Positions 10,976 through 23,720 of a stretch of 33,776 bases of DNA are shown in pieces (the stretch's first letter is position 1; every line of letters begins with the position of its first letter). A model generated the notes under the pieces. That model made no database searches, was not told where the DNA came from, and worked only from the letters and a program-made list of their open reading frames with translations. The position numbers and the translations under genes were made by a program. Source of the DNA: Chiloscyllium plagiosum (lineage: Eukaryota); the NCBI RefSeq assembly GCF_004010195.1, contig NC_057718.1:77578339-77612114 (forward strand), written 5' to 3'.

Positions 10976-11209
10976 AGGAAAATAATATATTTTTCCCTGT
11001 GACTTCTAGAAGGTGAAATCCTGTGAACTTGCCAGAATGGTACTTGAGTGTTTGTGTAGTCTTATAAAGTTTCTCAGAAAATTACAAAAGTTCTGTTTGC
11101 AACTCCACCAGAAATGACAATAAACAAACTTACTTCTAATGGTATTATGGTTAGTATTATTTTTATTCTGAGACTGAAAATCACGATTAAGAAAGAATGT
11201 TAGGATAAG

Positions 11210-11519
11210 ACAGGAGCAAATTACTGCAGATGCTGGAATCTGTACTGAAAGCAACAAATGCTGGAGATAACAGTGGGTCAGACAGTATCCAAGGAGAGAG
11301 AGCAAACTAACGTTTTGAATTTAGATAACTCTTCATCAGAGTTGAAGTGTGGAGGGACAACATTTATACTATAGTTTGGGGGAGGGACATGGGGGTAGTG
11401 GATGTAGGGTGCTGGTGGAGAAATCCTCCACCCACTACACCCACACCTGCCCCATCCAAACTATAGCATACATGCTGTCCCCACACTTCAGCTCTGAGGA
11501 AGTGTCATCTAGATTTGAG
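11210..11519 (-). mobile_element. Fold-back mini-PLE (family C) with decayed HHR
   Basis: Perfect 12-bp TSD TGTTAGGATAAG at 11198-11209 and 11520-11531. Internal inverted arms at about 11317-11400 and 11430-11518. The minus strand reads CTGATGAAGAGTTATCTAAATTCAAAACGTTA, with a CCAGCATCTGCAGT tail. Confidence 0.8.
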
Positions 11520-13140
11520 TGTTAGGATAAGCTAGCCACCAAATGCAGTGAAATCCCTTTAATGAGCGTGTGCAGTCACTTGTTTATTAAATCTCCAGGA
11601 AGGTTTTCTGTGTGTTGGTCTTAACGCCTTATACTAAACACAGGTTAAATGCATATTGGAATTTAATAAACCCATCTTAGCAACTTCACAAACACTTTAG
11701 TGTCTAAAGTATTTCTGAAAATTCCTCACGTAACTCAACAGAGGCTGCCCTGACTGCAGTCACTTGGGGATTGTTCCAGAGTAAGCAACAAATATGACAT
11801 TTATTCCCTTTCTCCAGATAGACCTGTGACCCTCAGCTTGTGTCTTACAGATAACTAATCAATAATGAATTTATTTTAATATCATGTATACATTGGATAG
11901 ATTTTCACCTGAAGTCTTTTTTATCAACAAAATTCATTGAATAGAGTGCAGATCAAATGCTTCATTATTATGGAACAGACCATTGGGAACAGCTCACCAT
12001 TGTGGGTAGTGATTTATTTTTCATGTTTAGTGACTTAAAGGAAATGATGGAAAATAATTAACAAAATGTTGGGGTAAAGTATTTTTAATAGGACTGTCAT
12101 ATCTTGTGAAAATAGTAGCTCTGAACATGATTCTTACATGAAATCAATGGCAGAGTCAAACACAAGAGCTTCAAATGCAATATTATACTATATGTAAGAC
12201 TAACAGTGTATTATTAATTTGTTGAGAGGAGTGCAGAGGGTCAAAATCACCCTAACAATCTTGTTTCATGCAGCATTAAAGAAGAGCATTGGGATTTGAT
12301 AGAGCAATAAATTCCTCCATTGTTCAAATTCTTAATAATTAGTAAGTTCCTGCTTCACACTAAAATGTCCAAAAAGAATGTTTTAAACAGTACAGAAATT
12401 ATGTACACACCCAGCTAATGAAACTTGACGCTAGTGATTTTGGAGAAACTTGATGCATGAAGCCAGTCACCAGAAAGAGATAAAACTCATTAATTACAAT
12501 AGTGTGGTGCAGTCAGGCATTGCAATTCGATGTCAGGATCAGCACAATGGCATCCCAAGAATGTGCAACAGTTGAACAGCAGATTAGAAACCATTTGACC
12601 TCCAGAGAATGCTGGTTGGTGCTCATTGCAGTAACACTGAAAAACCTCACTGTGGCATCAAAGCTCCACAGTGAAACAAGACTTGCTGTTGCTACATTGT
12701 TCTCGTCTGCCTGATCCAGCAGCAATGCGTACACACACAGAGGCACACACACCCTTTAAAATAACAGTATGGTACTACATAGCTTGTCCTCTAATTGACC
12801 CCTCTGTGACAGATTGACTGCAGTGAATATTTTTTCATCTTGTCAGCATATGCTGCAAATACTCACTCTAAGCCTCTTAGAGACCCCTTGACCTCTGTTG
12901 TATGAGTTATTTATGGCCCCTTGTGAGTCCAGAAACCTCACAAATACTATTTCTTTAACATGGAGACCATTTTTATATGGTCGCAGATGGCAACATTACA
13001 AAGAGGACTTTACTTAAAAAGAAAACAGCAAAATACTTTATCTTCACCATGATTGCAGTCAACATTCTCTCAGATAGCCAAGAAAATAGATCCACAAAGA
13101 TAATGTTACAGATCAGTACTGTCAATTTTGTCAGCTACTT

Positions 13141-13375
13141 GGAACTCTGGATCAGAAGGTTATAAGATGAATTACTATTCCAGAGACTTCAGCATATGAT
13201 GTAGGCTGATGCATCAATGCAGAGTCTTGTTCTGGCAGAAATGCTATCTTTTACATGAGACATTAGATGGAAACCAAGCCTGCTCTCCCAGGCAGACAGA
13301 AGAGAAGAGCATGAGAGTTCTTCCTGGTGCTCTGGCTTTTCTCCTCAAACTATATCAGTAAAATATATTATTTAC
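13141..13375 (+). mobile_element. Old DeuSINE (SacSINE1/AmnSINE-like) relic; a further piece may lie at about 14036-14130
   Basis: TCAGAAGGTT...CCAGAGACTTCAGCATATGATGTAGGCTGA...GAAGAGCATGAGAGTTCTTCCTGGTG resembles the recalled DeuSINE consensus. Confidence 0.55.
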
Positions 13376-13569
13376 ACATTGACCCACATCTTCTGGTCTC
13401 CAGATAAATGGACCTTACCCTCCATACAAAATTTCTAAAAACTTTAGTTTAAAGTTATTGTTTTTGAGGGTTCCAACAGACCCGGATAGTTATCAGGACA
13501 TACTGGACAACTAAAAACTGGTGTCTGGCAAAACTTCTGGGTAACTGTACAAATGACCACATACAAATG

Positions 13570-13779
13570 GACGGCACGGTGGCGACTGTCTGTGTGGAGT
13601 TTGCACATTCTCCCCGTGTCTGCGTGGGTTTCCTCCGGGTGCTCTGGTTTCCTCCCACAGTGCAAAAATATGCAGGTTAGGTGAATTGGCCGTGCTAAAT
13701 TGCCCATTGTGTTAGGTGAAGGGGTAAATGTAGGGAAATGGGTCTGGGTGGGTTGCTCTTCAGAGGGTCGGTGTGAACT
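13570..13779 (+). mobile_element. HE1-like V-SINE with most of the tRNA head deleted
   Basis: V-domain TGTGTGGAGTTTGCACATTCTCCCCGTGTCTGCGTGGGTTTCCTCCGGGTGCTCTGGTTTCCTCCCACA, with GGCACGGTGGC joined directly to GACTGTCTG. Confidence 0.88.
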
Positions 13780-13784
13780 CCTCT

Positions 13785-13880
13785 TCTCTCTCCGCTGATG
13801 ATGCCAGACCTGTTGTACTAACATTTTCTGTACTACCTGGCAGTCTCCAACATCTGCAGTTCTGTACTTTGCTTTATTTA
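13785..13880 (+). mobile_element. Old PLE 3' tail fragment
   Basis: GATGCCAGACCTG...CTCCAACATCTGCAGT matches the PLE tails elsewhere in the window. Confidence 0.5.
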
Positions 13881-14140
13881 GACACTTAAACTGTGCCTAC
13901 TTATGAAAACAGCAGCTAGTGATGTAAAAAGGAGGTGTGGCTTCCATAAATATTCTCTGTATTGTTCTCTGCACAAGAGTTGCAGGTAAAGGCTATGTAA
14001 CTTTTTATTTTATCTGACAATAGAGATTCTGACTTAAAACGGAAGATTTTGACCATTATCTCATTGTTGTGTGCGGTTCCTAATGAGCATAATTTGGTTA
14101 TAAATTTCAGAAGTAACTTTGTAGGATCAATTGATGACGA

Positions 14141-14447
14141 GGGAGTCTAGACCCAGGGATCTCAGTCTATAATTACAGGAAGGTCACTTAGGAATGAGGT
14201 TTGGAGAAATTTCTTCACTCAAACAGTTGATGAGCCTGTGAATTCTCTACCACAGAAAGTCACTGAGGCCAAAACATTGAATACTTTCAAGAAGGAGTTA
14301 GATATTGTTCTTAAGGCTGAAGGGATCAAGGGATATGGAGAGAAAATGGAAACAGGGGTACTGAGTTGGATAATCAGCTATGATCAAATGCAGAACAAGC
14401 TCCAAGGGCCAAATTGCTTACTCCTGCCCCATTTTCTATGTTTGTAT
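14141..14447 (+). mobile_element. CR1-clade LINE 3' end fragment
   Basis: GAGAAATTTCTTCACTCA; peptide NSLPQKVTEAKTLNTFKKELD...GIKGYGEK; tail ACTCCTGCCCCATTTTCTATG. Confidence 0.85.
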
Positions 14448-14989
14448 CCACATCTCACATGTTGCCTACATTGTCAGGCAGGACAAGTACACCACACAAA
14501 CAGGTTACACAACTCTGAGTGACATATCTACTTCTTTCTTGCAGAACAAGGCTTTGCACAACCGAAGGGTACAGGAGCCAACTAAAAAAGGATGGATATG
14601 TCTACTTATCAAAACTGTCATGGAGGAGATGGCACTGGCCATTATTGAGACATCTTTTGGCAAGTTTTGATGGTATCCTCATAATCAATTATCCTTCCCA
14701 CAACCCACTTTCTCCTTCTATCTCACTATTATACAATTTACAAGCTTCAAATCATGAACCAGTTCCTTCACCTTCCCCCAGATCCTGCAGCATTGCCTTT
14801 GTGTCTCTTCCTTTTAGGTAGCCAAACAGTGCAACATTGTCATGCAATGGGAAAACACCAGAAAGACAACGATGATGATTTCAAAGCATTGTTACTTGAT
14901 TTAATACTTTTAAAAGCTTATATACTGATTCTCTGTATCCTAAAGAAAGTTTAGATGTAGGATCAGCACATGGTGTGAAATCCAGCACA

Positions 14990-15500
14990 TGTGCTACAGT
15001 CAGGGCAAGGGTGGTGCAGGTACCAGATTGCTGGAAGACCAGATCACACACAGGTTCTGCAGCATGGAGAATTCAGACGAGAAATTTGATGTGGTCACCT
15101 GTAGAAGAATTCTGAAGTGCAGGCACAATAATTTGCATGTTTCATTGGGAATCTTAGAAAAAAATCTAAAGGTAATGTCAGACAGCTTGGATGAGTCTGA
15201 CATTAGGAGAAAATGAGGACTGCAGATGCTGGAGATCAGAGGTGAGAGTGTGGTGTTGGAAAAGCTCAGTCAGTCAGGCAGCACCACACTCTCAACTCTG
15301 AGTCTAACATTAACTTGACACAGGGATTTGTGCAAACATATCTCACCCATTTGTGTATGGATGTGGTGGCCACTCCATTCATACTTGCAGTTTCTACTAT
15401 AGCTCAAACCCAGATTGCTATTATGCAAAGTTATTTTTCTGTGACACAACCTTCGACTGCTGCCATCAAGGCTGTGAATTAAAGTTTTCACAGGAGGTCA
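14990..15500 (+). pseudogene. Possible remnant of the Harbinger accessory (second) gene, converging on the transposase
   Basis: ENSDEKFDVVTCRRIL...LKVMSDSLDES continues as NINLTQGFVQ once the PLE at 15206-15298 is removed. It lies tail-to-tail with the transposase pseudogene. The assignment rests on position and recalled similarity only. Confidence 0.4.
15206..15298 (-). mobile_element. 93-bp fold-back mini-PLE (family A), no HHR
   Basis: 14-bp TSD TGAGTCTGACATTA (15192-15205) and TGAGTCTAACATTA (15299-15312). Inverted arms CAGAGGTGAGAGTGTGGTG / CACCACACTCTCAACTCTG, with a tail of about 31 nt. Confidence 0.8.
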
Positions 15501-15949
15501 CAGCTGTCCAGTAAATCCTCCAACAGATCAGTGTGTTTGCCGAACTACAGCTCCAGGGCAACGATCCATGGTATATTCTGAAGGAGGGCCTTCTATGTGC
15601 AGGGCTGCGGTGATATCATCTTCCAAGCTCATTTGCAGTTTTCACCACTGAAAGTCAACAGCCTTCCACCAGTCAGGCTGGAATGGTATTGTGAAAGAGA
15701 ATTAGACACGGTAAGGCAAATGGAAGACAGGCAGTGAGGGAATGCACAGGATCATTAATTGCATTTATACATAATACTTAATTCTTAACTTCAGCTTTAT
15801 TTATTTGATGCTAATATTTATTTTTGCGTTGTGGCCAAGCAGATGCAGTGATAGTGGCAGAGAGAAGGGAAGGTGTGAGACTGTTGGAGAATAGACAGTG
15901 TGGGTTCTGGTTACTGGTATCACTCCAATGACTTCTGCACAGAAAGCCT

Positions 15950-17740
15950 GAGCAGACAGGAGAGGACTAAGTTTTCTCCTCGTTTCTACATCCACTTCTT
16001 CCTGTTCCTCCTCCTCTTCATTCTCCTGTTCCTGTGGTTCACTGTGTTAGTGGTGACAGGATCTGGGCCCTCATGCTGTGAAGTTATGCAGCATGCAGCA
16101 GACCACCATGAATATTGAAATTCATTTTTCTGATTTCTGAAGGACTTCTCCAGAATGATCTAGGCTACAGAAGCATTGTTTCAGCGTGCCAGTGATCTGC
16201 TGTAAAATAGATTTTGAGTCAGTGTAATGACCAGACCCCAAATTCATACAGTTATTGATAAGATATCCAAAATTGTTAAGCTTCTGGGTGAGAAAGGATG
16301 AATTGGTTCCCCTACCTTATTCACCCAGCCCCTTAATGGTTGCAAGTAGATTGATCCAAAAACGTATCCCTCCTTTGTGAATGCCATTTTGTTTTAAAAG
16401 GAGTCAATTTACAAAGTTAACAAAGGAGTGAGTTTATTTGTTACTAAAGAATAAATGATATTGCAACACACATTCACAGATTAAAAATGAGAAGTGAGTC
16501 CAAGAAGGATACAAGTTAAAGGATATACAGATCAATGTTTCAGACATTCATTAAGGGTAGAAAGTGGAAAGTTGATAGTCAAGCCGTTGATTTCAGGATT
16601 CTTGGCCTGGTTGGCTTTGTTTTGTCTTATTTCCTTTATGACGGAGGCTGGCTGGCTGCCCACAAAGCAAGAGAGTCCTTCTTTTGTCCTGTTTCCTTTT
16701 GACTGAGATGCAAGGCTGGCTATTGGATGGTTTTTTAACTGTGACCTTCACAACACACCAGTCCTATGAACCCAAGCCAATACACATGAACACATTAGTC
16801 CACTGGCACACACAAGCACCACAGCTCCCTTTCTTCCCCAAGCACATACAGACTGGGGTTGAACTGATCTTAAGCTATGTTCTTGTGTATTCTTGAAAAG
16901 GGAAGGCATTCTGTTCTGCTTTCTTCTCTTCTATCATGTTCATAATCTGAGATAGGTCCCAAGAAAATACTGTTCAGATTACAGTGGATTTTTCCCCTTT
17001 TAAATCCATTACTTTGAACCTTCCTTATCACCTCATCAGATACAACATTCTGGTGTATCTCTCCAGTGAGTAACTGAATTCATATCCATTGTCACCTTTA
17101 GTGAAAATGAACATGTTCTAATTAAAGTTCAATATATCTATAAGTGATCCAGGATTATGACACATCATCATAACAGGCAGTGTGGCTTTCAGTTTGTGCT
17201 TGCTGTACACATGCATGTGTCTTGCACTAGACCCATCAGCCATGTCATCAGCTGAAAGCCCTTTAATCCAGGAGCAACTCTTCGGCTTGCCATGATTGTT
17301 AAAATGCAGATGGGGCAGTGAATGTTAATAAATTAAGGCATCTAGACTGCTGTCAGAATACCAGGAAATGGCCAGTATAATGTGTTCATACAAAAGTTGT
17401 AATTCCTCTCAGCATGTAATGCCAGTGAAGCAATATGCACACAGCTGATAGCACTATGCATGGTCAGGCATTCTGTAATACTGTAGCTCCACTGCCTTGT
17501 CTCTGGCAAGAAAAAATGATTTGTATTTGGCTCTCTTTGAAGTACGAGCCTTGGTGACCTCTATGCAACAATGGATGACAAACTGTATTACATTGTAAAT
17601 ATCTCCAACTCCAACCGAAAAAGGAATTAGACACATATGTATTAATTGTTATGGTCTCCTTCACAGCCACTGGTAATATGATCCTTGCCTGACTCCGAAG
17701 ATGCCAGATTTCAGTGCAGATATCCTTACTGAACATAAGT
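15950..17740 (-). pseudogene. Decayed PIF/Harbinger (HARBI1-like) DDE transposase split by a solo LTR
   Basis: The minus strand reads FSKDICTEI..LPVAVK, GDIYNVIQFVIHCCIEVT and SAISCVHIA. Across the LTR it reads ESHTASKSILQQITGTLKQCFCSLDHSGEVLQ...VVCCMLHN, followed by an acidic tail. Confidence 0.85.
16223..17175 (-). mobile_element. Solo LTR, 953 bp
   Basis: Termini TGTAATGA / TCATAACA (7 of 8 inverted), 5-bp TSD GTCAG / GGCAG. Removing it restores the Harbinger reading frame. Strand is tentative, from TTTATT at about 16434. Confidence 0.8.
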
Positions 17741-18219
17741 ACAGAAAAACTAGGAACAAGAGCTCACTAAAAGTAATGACTAATAATATTGACAGTATTT
17801 AGCAGCACATTCAAAAACCAAATATAGTTCCTTTGAGCCAAAGGTAGTATGAACTTGTACTTTGGGTGTAAACTTACTGTCTGCCCATGTTAGCTATTCA
17901 TATGGCTGGTCATTGGTAACTCCTTTTGGATATTAACAATATGAGATTCAAAAATAGTGATGCTGTTCAACATCAAAGGGATGATGGTTAGACTCTCCCT
18001 TGTTGGAGATAGGCCTGAAGTGCTGCTTGGATGGTGCAAATGTATTTGCCACTTAACAGCCCACTATTGCAAAACATGGGGTGCCTACATGCATGTCTTT
18101 AACAGCCTTGTAGGATGTCTTCCCCTCTGACACCTCCATATATTTCTGTTCTGGAGCTTTTTTCCAAATAATTTCTAAACATCTCAGGACTTCACCATGG
18201 CCCTGACTTTTTAATTCAG

Positions 18220-18960
18220 TCAGGGGTTGTGTAAGTATTGCCAGCTAGGCAGCATTTATTGCTTCTTTTTAACTGCTCTTGAAGATGGTGGTAAGCTGCC
18301 TTCTTGAACCATTGTACTCCATTTGAAATTCGGGACGGAGTTTCAGGATTTTGACTTGGAGACAGTGATGGACAAGCAACATGTTTCCAAATCAGGATGA
18401 TGAGAGGTTTGAAAAGGGGGTTGCAGTTGCTGGTATTCACAAGTATCTGCTGTTGTTGTCCTCCTAGATACTATTGGTCATAGGTTCCATGCATCAGTGG
18501 TGGAAGAAATTAATTTTTACATTGATATGGTGTCAGTCAAGTAGACTGCTTCATCCTGGATGGTGTCAAGCTTCTTGAGTGTTGTTGAAGCTGCACAAAT
18601 CATAGTAACGTTGGGACGGGGGGTGGGGGCAGTATTCCATCACACTCCTGATGTGTGCCTTGCAGATGACAAAAAGGCATTGTGGAGTCAGGAGGTGAGT
18701 TACTTGTCCTCAATTCTGACAGTTCCAGTTCAGTTTCTGGCAATGGTCACCCCAGGATGTTGATAGTGTGGAATTCAGCTCTGCTCATAACATTGAATGT
18801 CAAAGGACAATGATTAGATTATTTCATGTTAGAGATAGACATGATCTAGCACTTGTGTTGTTGAATGTTACTTACAGCTTGTCAGCCCAAAACTGGATAT
18901 CTTTCCAGATCTTGCTGTATTTCAATACAGACTGCTTTAGCATCTAAGACGTTGTGAATG
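18220..18960 (-). mobile_element. Old degenerate LINE 3' portion (same family as 4655-5455); a smaller piece lies at about 17945-18065
   Basis: GCATTTATTGC...GAAGATGGTGGTAAGCTGCCTTCTTGAACC 3' end. AGCTTCTTGAGTGTTGTT...TATTCCATCACACTCCTGA is shared with the other copies. Confidence 0.7.
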
Positions 18961-19696
18961 GCTTCCCAGGACCTTAGAGACCCCTTTGAGTCAGCTTATC
19001 AAGCAAATATTCAGGTTAAAATCTTCTGTCTTTCAGGCCCAGTCCCTCCCCACTCGATCTCCCCCCACCAGCTACAATCAACTCCCTTTCCCGTGATCAC
19101 TCCCTCCCAATTTTTATACTAAACCTTTCACCACTGGCAATCCTGTCCAGCAGGCAGCCCTCAATTTAGCCAGCTGCAGTGCCAGAAAAGATATCCAATT
19201 AAATCTTGCAATTAAATTCAGCAGTGTCTCTGCATTCTTAATGCTTCTGAGGTCTACCCACTCCCAGCTCACCACCTCACAAACGCTGGTGTTCTTTTTG
19301 TTTGTTAGTTCATGTAAGGGAAGCAATTTTTGCTTCAATTGCTTTGTGTCATCTTTAATTGCAAGCCACTATACACAACATTAGTGTGCTTACCAATGAA
19401 GATCTGGGTTGTTATCAGGAAGACTTTCACTACCCAACAGTAAATGCAGTAAACAACATGTTTAATTACCCTGTGACTTTTCTTGCTATGAGACCCTCTG
19501 CGTAACTGAGGCATTTGCAGACTTAATGCAAAACACGTTCCTGGAAAAATTAACACATTTCCCATTTGTTTTATATCTAACAACAGGGATGTTCATATAA
19601 ACACTCATAATTAAAAAGGACATTTTCTGAGTATACATTAGTGCAGGAAATAAATCTAACTACTCAGAATTCCTGATTTCCTTTGGGAATACTTAC

Positions 19697-19739
19697 CATT
19701 TTATCTGTACTTCCTGTATCCGAAGTAACTTCAATTATC
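19697..19739 (-). CDS. Weak candidate 43-bp exon (IIEVTSDTGSTDKM)
   Basis: The minus strand reads ATATTTTCTAG|GATAATT...AAAATG|GTAAGT with one open frame. The pyrimidine tract is short and the peptide was not recognised. Confidence 0.3.
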
Positions 19740-19919
19740 CTAGAAAATATGCATCCAATTTTAATTAACTATACATGTTGCATTTTTTACTCTGTCACAA
19801 TGCTCACATTAAACACATAGATTCATACAGGAACTAATAAGATCTGCAAAATCCTGATCTCTAAGATTTTTCAAGCTTTATTTCACAGGATTGCTGGAAA
19901 GGTTATCTCTAAGTGTCCA

Positions 19920-20226
19920 TGAACTGAGTGGTTTTACTATGTAATTTCAGAGAACAGTTAAGAATCAATCACCGTGCTGTGAACCTGGAGTCAGATGATG
20001 GCCAGATCTGGGAAGGAAGGCAGATTTCCTTTCCTAAGGGACATTGGTGAACCTAGTAGGATTTAATGACAATCAGTGGTAGCTTCATGGTTACCATGAG
20101 ATTGATTTTCAAGTTTATTTTAGATTTCACTAATTGAAATTAGATTTGAACTCTTGTGCCTAGAGCATTAGTCCAGATCTCACAATTATTACACTAAAGA
20201 TATTAGCACTTCACTGCTGTCTCTCC
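19920..20226 (-). mobile_element. Degenerate tRNA-derived SINE (same family as 10645-10975)
   Basis: CAGTTAAGAATCAA...CTGGAGTCA...GGCAGATTTCCTT...GATTTGAACTC is the reverse complement of the SINE body and B box. Confidence 0.7.
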
Positions 20227-21029
20227 CTAAAATAACTTGAGAATTCTATTATCCAAGATAGCCAAATCCACAAATACTTACCAATAATCAGGGATGTAAG
20301 AGCATGGCTATTGGAACAGTACAAAGTCTTGCATTCAGGAGGACTAGAGAGAGGTGAGCAAACAGGACTGGTGATAGCAAAGGCATCCTTGAGATTCCTG
20401 AAGGAGCATTGCTACTCCTGCTAACTCAAAAGGAATGTTAAACAATGCGAATGTGGCAGCTCTTGCCTGGTTTTCACTGACCAATTTCCCAACACTGGGA
20501 AACCATGCAACATCAATGGATTTTCAATCAATAAAATGTGGAAGCCCAATGTAAATATGTTGATTAAATATCCATGCTCTCTATACAAGGATATTCGGGC
20601 ACTTCATGATAACAGAGGTGGATGAATTCAGGACAGTTTGGGATTGCATTTTCCATATTGGACTCCACAATTTTCATGACCCTGACACAGTGTAAATGGA
20701 GGGGTTAATATTCATAGTTGCCTACTGTAAGCCAGTATCTTAAATATATCTGCTTATTGATGAAAATTTGTAGTTTGAAGCTGTATTCAAAAATTGACTC
20801 AATATTCTCTTTGCTTTGAGCATAACTAATTGCATTTATTAACAATATACAAAGTTTGCATTAATAGAGAAAACATTGCTCGTATTTTACAGGATGAAGT
20901 TGATAGTTAATGGACTCTGGCCTGGGGGCTGTTGAAAATGTAAATGATAAGATTGTTTTTGAGAAAGCTTTCAAAGATGGAGCACAAATTGGAAAAGTGG
21001 AGAGGTATGGCATGGGAGTTCTGTGTTGG

Positions 21030-21115
21030 GAGTGTGGTGCTGGAAAAGCACAGCAGGTCAAGCAGCATCCGAGGAGCAGGAGAATCAACATTTCAGTCAT
21101 AAGCCCTTTTTCAGG
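21030..21115 (-). mobile_element. PLE family A pseudo-LTR fragment with decayed HHR
   Basis: Nearly identical to 9952-10038. Confidence 0.8.
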
Positions 21116-22429
21116 GCGTTCAGTGCACACCAAAGAGTAAACTAAAGGTCCCAGCAGCAGTCATAGTGAACATAAAGACAGGATATTGGAAAAAGCTATA
21201 CTCTGAAAATGCAAGAATGATCAAAGGTGGAGGCTGTGGCAAGCAGTGTGGGATAATGCAGTGGTAGAGTCTATACAAGGATAAGGATTTTAAACTTAGT
21301 GTGTTATGTGACAACGAATCAGTAAGGATTAGTTAGTGCTTAGTAGTGCAGCAAATGTCTATCTGAAAGGAGTAAGAAAGAAATTAGAACAAAGATGAAA
21401 AAGAAATGATTAAGCAGAGAGAGGACAGGAGAAAAAATATAGAATGCACTTGAAGTGAAAATCATTGTCTCCTTCTCTAAAGTTCTCTTTTCTCATTTCA
21501 GATTCTTCTCTTCCTCTGTTTCAGTATATTTCCCTTCTTTACTTCTGTGATAAATACACATCAAGGGGGAAAGAGACAACGGACAGGTGGAGCAGGAAGA
21601 ATAGAGCTGCAGTCAAGATCATTGTGAGACAGAGAAAGGTAAACACTGAAAGAGTGGCAGACAAACAGAGAGAGAAATGGGGTGGGACAGAACAAATATA
21701 TATGAGAGACAAAGAAGAGAGAGAAGAAAGAGGACCGTACTTGTAGAAATATTTATTGACAACACCATCTGAGGGTTTATCAACAAACCATTGCCTTAAA
21801 GTTGCTGCTTTGTAATGCTTTTCCTCCACCTGTTTCAGCTCCATGCTGTTATCAGTGTTGGATTCTGGGGCAGAATCATTCCTGCCTGTTTACATATTGG
21901 CAACAGTATAAGTTGTCATCGGGACTGGGCAATCCCCAATATTAACGCACCGACAGATGAGCTGTTTTAATTGAATGGAAATTATGTGCCCAGTATTATA
22001 ACACCAATGGAAGTTATTTTGGAAAGCTCTGCAGTAGCTTAGAATAATATAAATGAAACATACCTATAGCCAGCAGTGGCCCAAAACTGGCAAAAGTGAT
22101 TTGCTACAGACTTTGCAGCCTACAAAAAAATCTTGCAAGAGAATTACAGAAAACCTTGTCAGAATTTTCTTTAGTTTGCACTTAATAAGAATGAGACTTA
22201 TTTCTAATAGTCGTGGTTTTTGAAATTTAATGATCACTAGTAAGATCTTCATTAAGATTCCTAATGGTTTTGCTTGATTGTAATTTTAATGGAGGATTCG
22301 CAGTGCAAGATGTTAGAATGAAATATCCAGGATTTTTAACATGCCACTCACTCAAAGAATTTGCCAGTCCTACAAATTTTCATGCAAAGATTTCAAACTT
22401 GGACTTTGAATGAGACAAGTCCAGATTTT

Positions 22430-23720
22430 AAAAGATTTTTAAATTTAAAGGGTTTATTCATGGGATGTGGGCATCACAGGCAATCTGGCATTAATCAACT
22501 GTCTTCAGTTGCCAGAGACAAGGCAGTGTTCAACCCCCTGCTTGAATTGTTGCAGAATCTGTGGCGAAGCTGTTCCCAAGTTGCAAGGGAGTTTTCTAGT
22601 GCTGATATAAAAGTAACAATATATTTTCAAGTAGGATAATATGTGTCTGTGAAGAGAACCTGAATGTGATATTGTTCCTGTGCACCTGTTCTTGTTATTG
22701 TTCTGTGCGGAGACTGAGGAGAGTCATAGGTTTGGGGCATGCTGTTAATTAAGCCTTAGTGAATTGATGTGGTAGTCTTGCGCACACTATAGGAGTAGGG
22801 AATAAATGATTAAGTTAATGGCCAGTTGCAATCAAGTGAGCTGCTTTGACCTTGATGGTGTTAAGCTAATCTAGTGTTATTTATCCAGTCAAGTTGAGAA
22901 TGTTCCTTGGCACTCCTCATTTGAGTTTTGAAGTGAGTGAAAGTCTTTGTGGGATGAACCAATTGCTGCAGAATTCCCAGACTCTGAGCTGCTCTTATAA
23001 CCTTCGTATTTTGTCGTTAGTTCGGTTACATTTCTAGACAATGGCGAACATGAGGATACTGAAGGTAGGTGATTCAATAATGTCAATACTACTGAAAGGC
23101 AAGAAAAGGTGGTTAGACTTTCTCTTCTCAGAAATGGTCATTGTCTAGAGTTTGAGCATTGAAAATATACTGATACCTTATGCCAAAATGTCGACTCTCC
23201 TGCTCCTCAGATGCTGCCTGACCTGCTGTGCTTTTCCAGCACCACCCTTTTTGACTCTGACTTCTCCAGCATCTGCAGTCCTCACTTTCTCCTACTTATC
23301 AACCCGAGTTGGATAATGTACAGGTCTTGCTTTTTGCGGACATGAGCTGCTTCATTATTTGAGGAGTTACAAATAGTTGATTCACAAATTGAAGATTCTG
23401 TTATCGTCAATGAAGATCCTGCCTTATGGTCTTATGATATATGATTGATGAAGAAACTCATTAGGGTGAATACACTGCTCTAAGAAGCCACTAAAGTGGA
23501 TTCCTGGGATTAGATGATTAGCCTCCAACAGCCACAACTACTTCAGTTTCTTCTAGGGATGAATTGCCATTGATTACAATTTATTGGGGCTGCTTGATGC
23601 TATATGCAATCAAATGCTGTCTTGAAATCAAAGATAGTCATTCTCATCAAACCTCTTGCTTGGACAAAGGCTATAATGATGCTTGAAGCCAGGTTGCATA
23701 GTTACACCAATTAATTTGGT
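22430..23720 (-). mobile_element. Old degenerate LINE (same family as 4655 and 18220 copies)
   Basis: TTTATTCATGGGATGTGGGCATC 3' end; CAATCAAGTGAGCTGCTTTG and GCAGAATTCCCAGACTCTGA parallel the other copies. Confidence 0.65.
23177..23294 (+). mobile_element. PLE family A 3' tail fragment nested in the old LINE
   Basis: CTTATGCCAAAATGTCGACTCTCCTGCTCC...CCAGCATCTGCAGTCCTCACTTTCTCCTA. Confidence 0.85.

Noticed and set aside
12502..12752. Overlapping short ORFs in a repeat-free region
   Set aside because: No recognisable domain or convincing splice sites; may be regulatory but unsupported.
21380..21740. Purine-rich GA tract and hydrophobic-looking ORFs
   Set aside because: Low-complexity composition explains the apparent membrane-like peptides.
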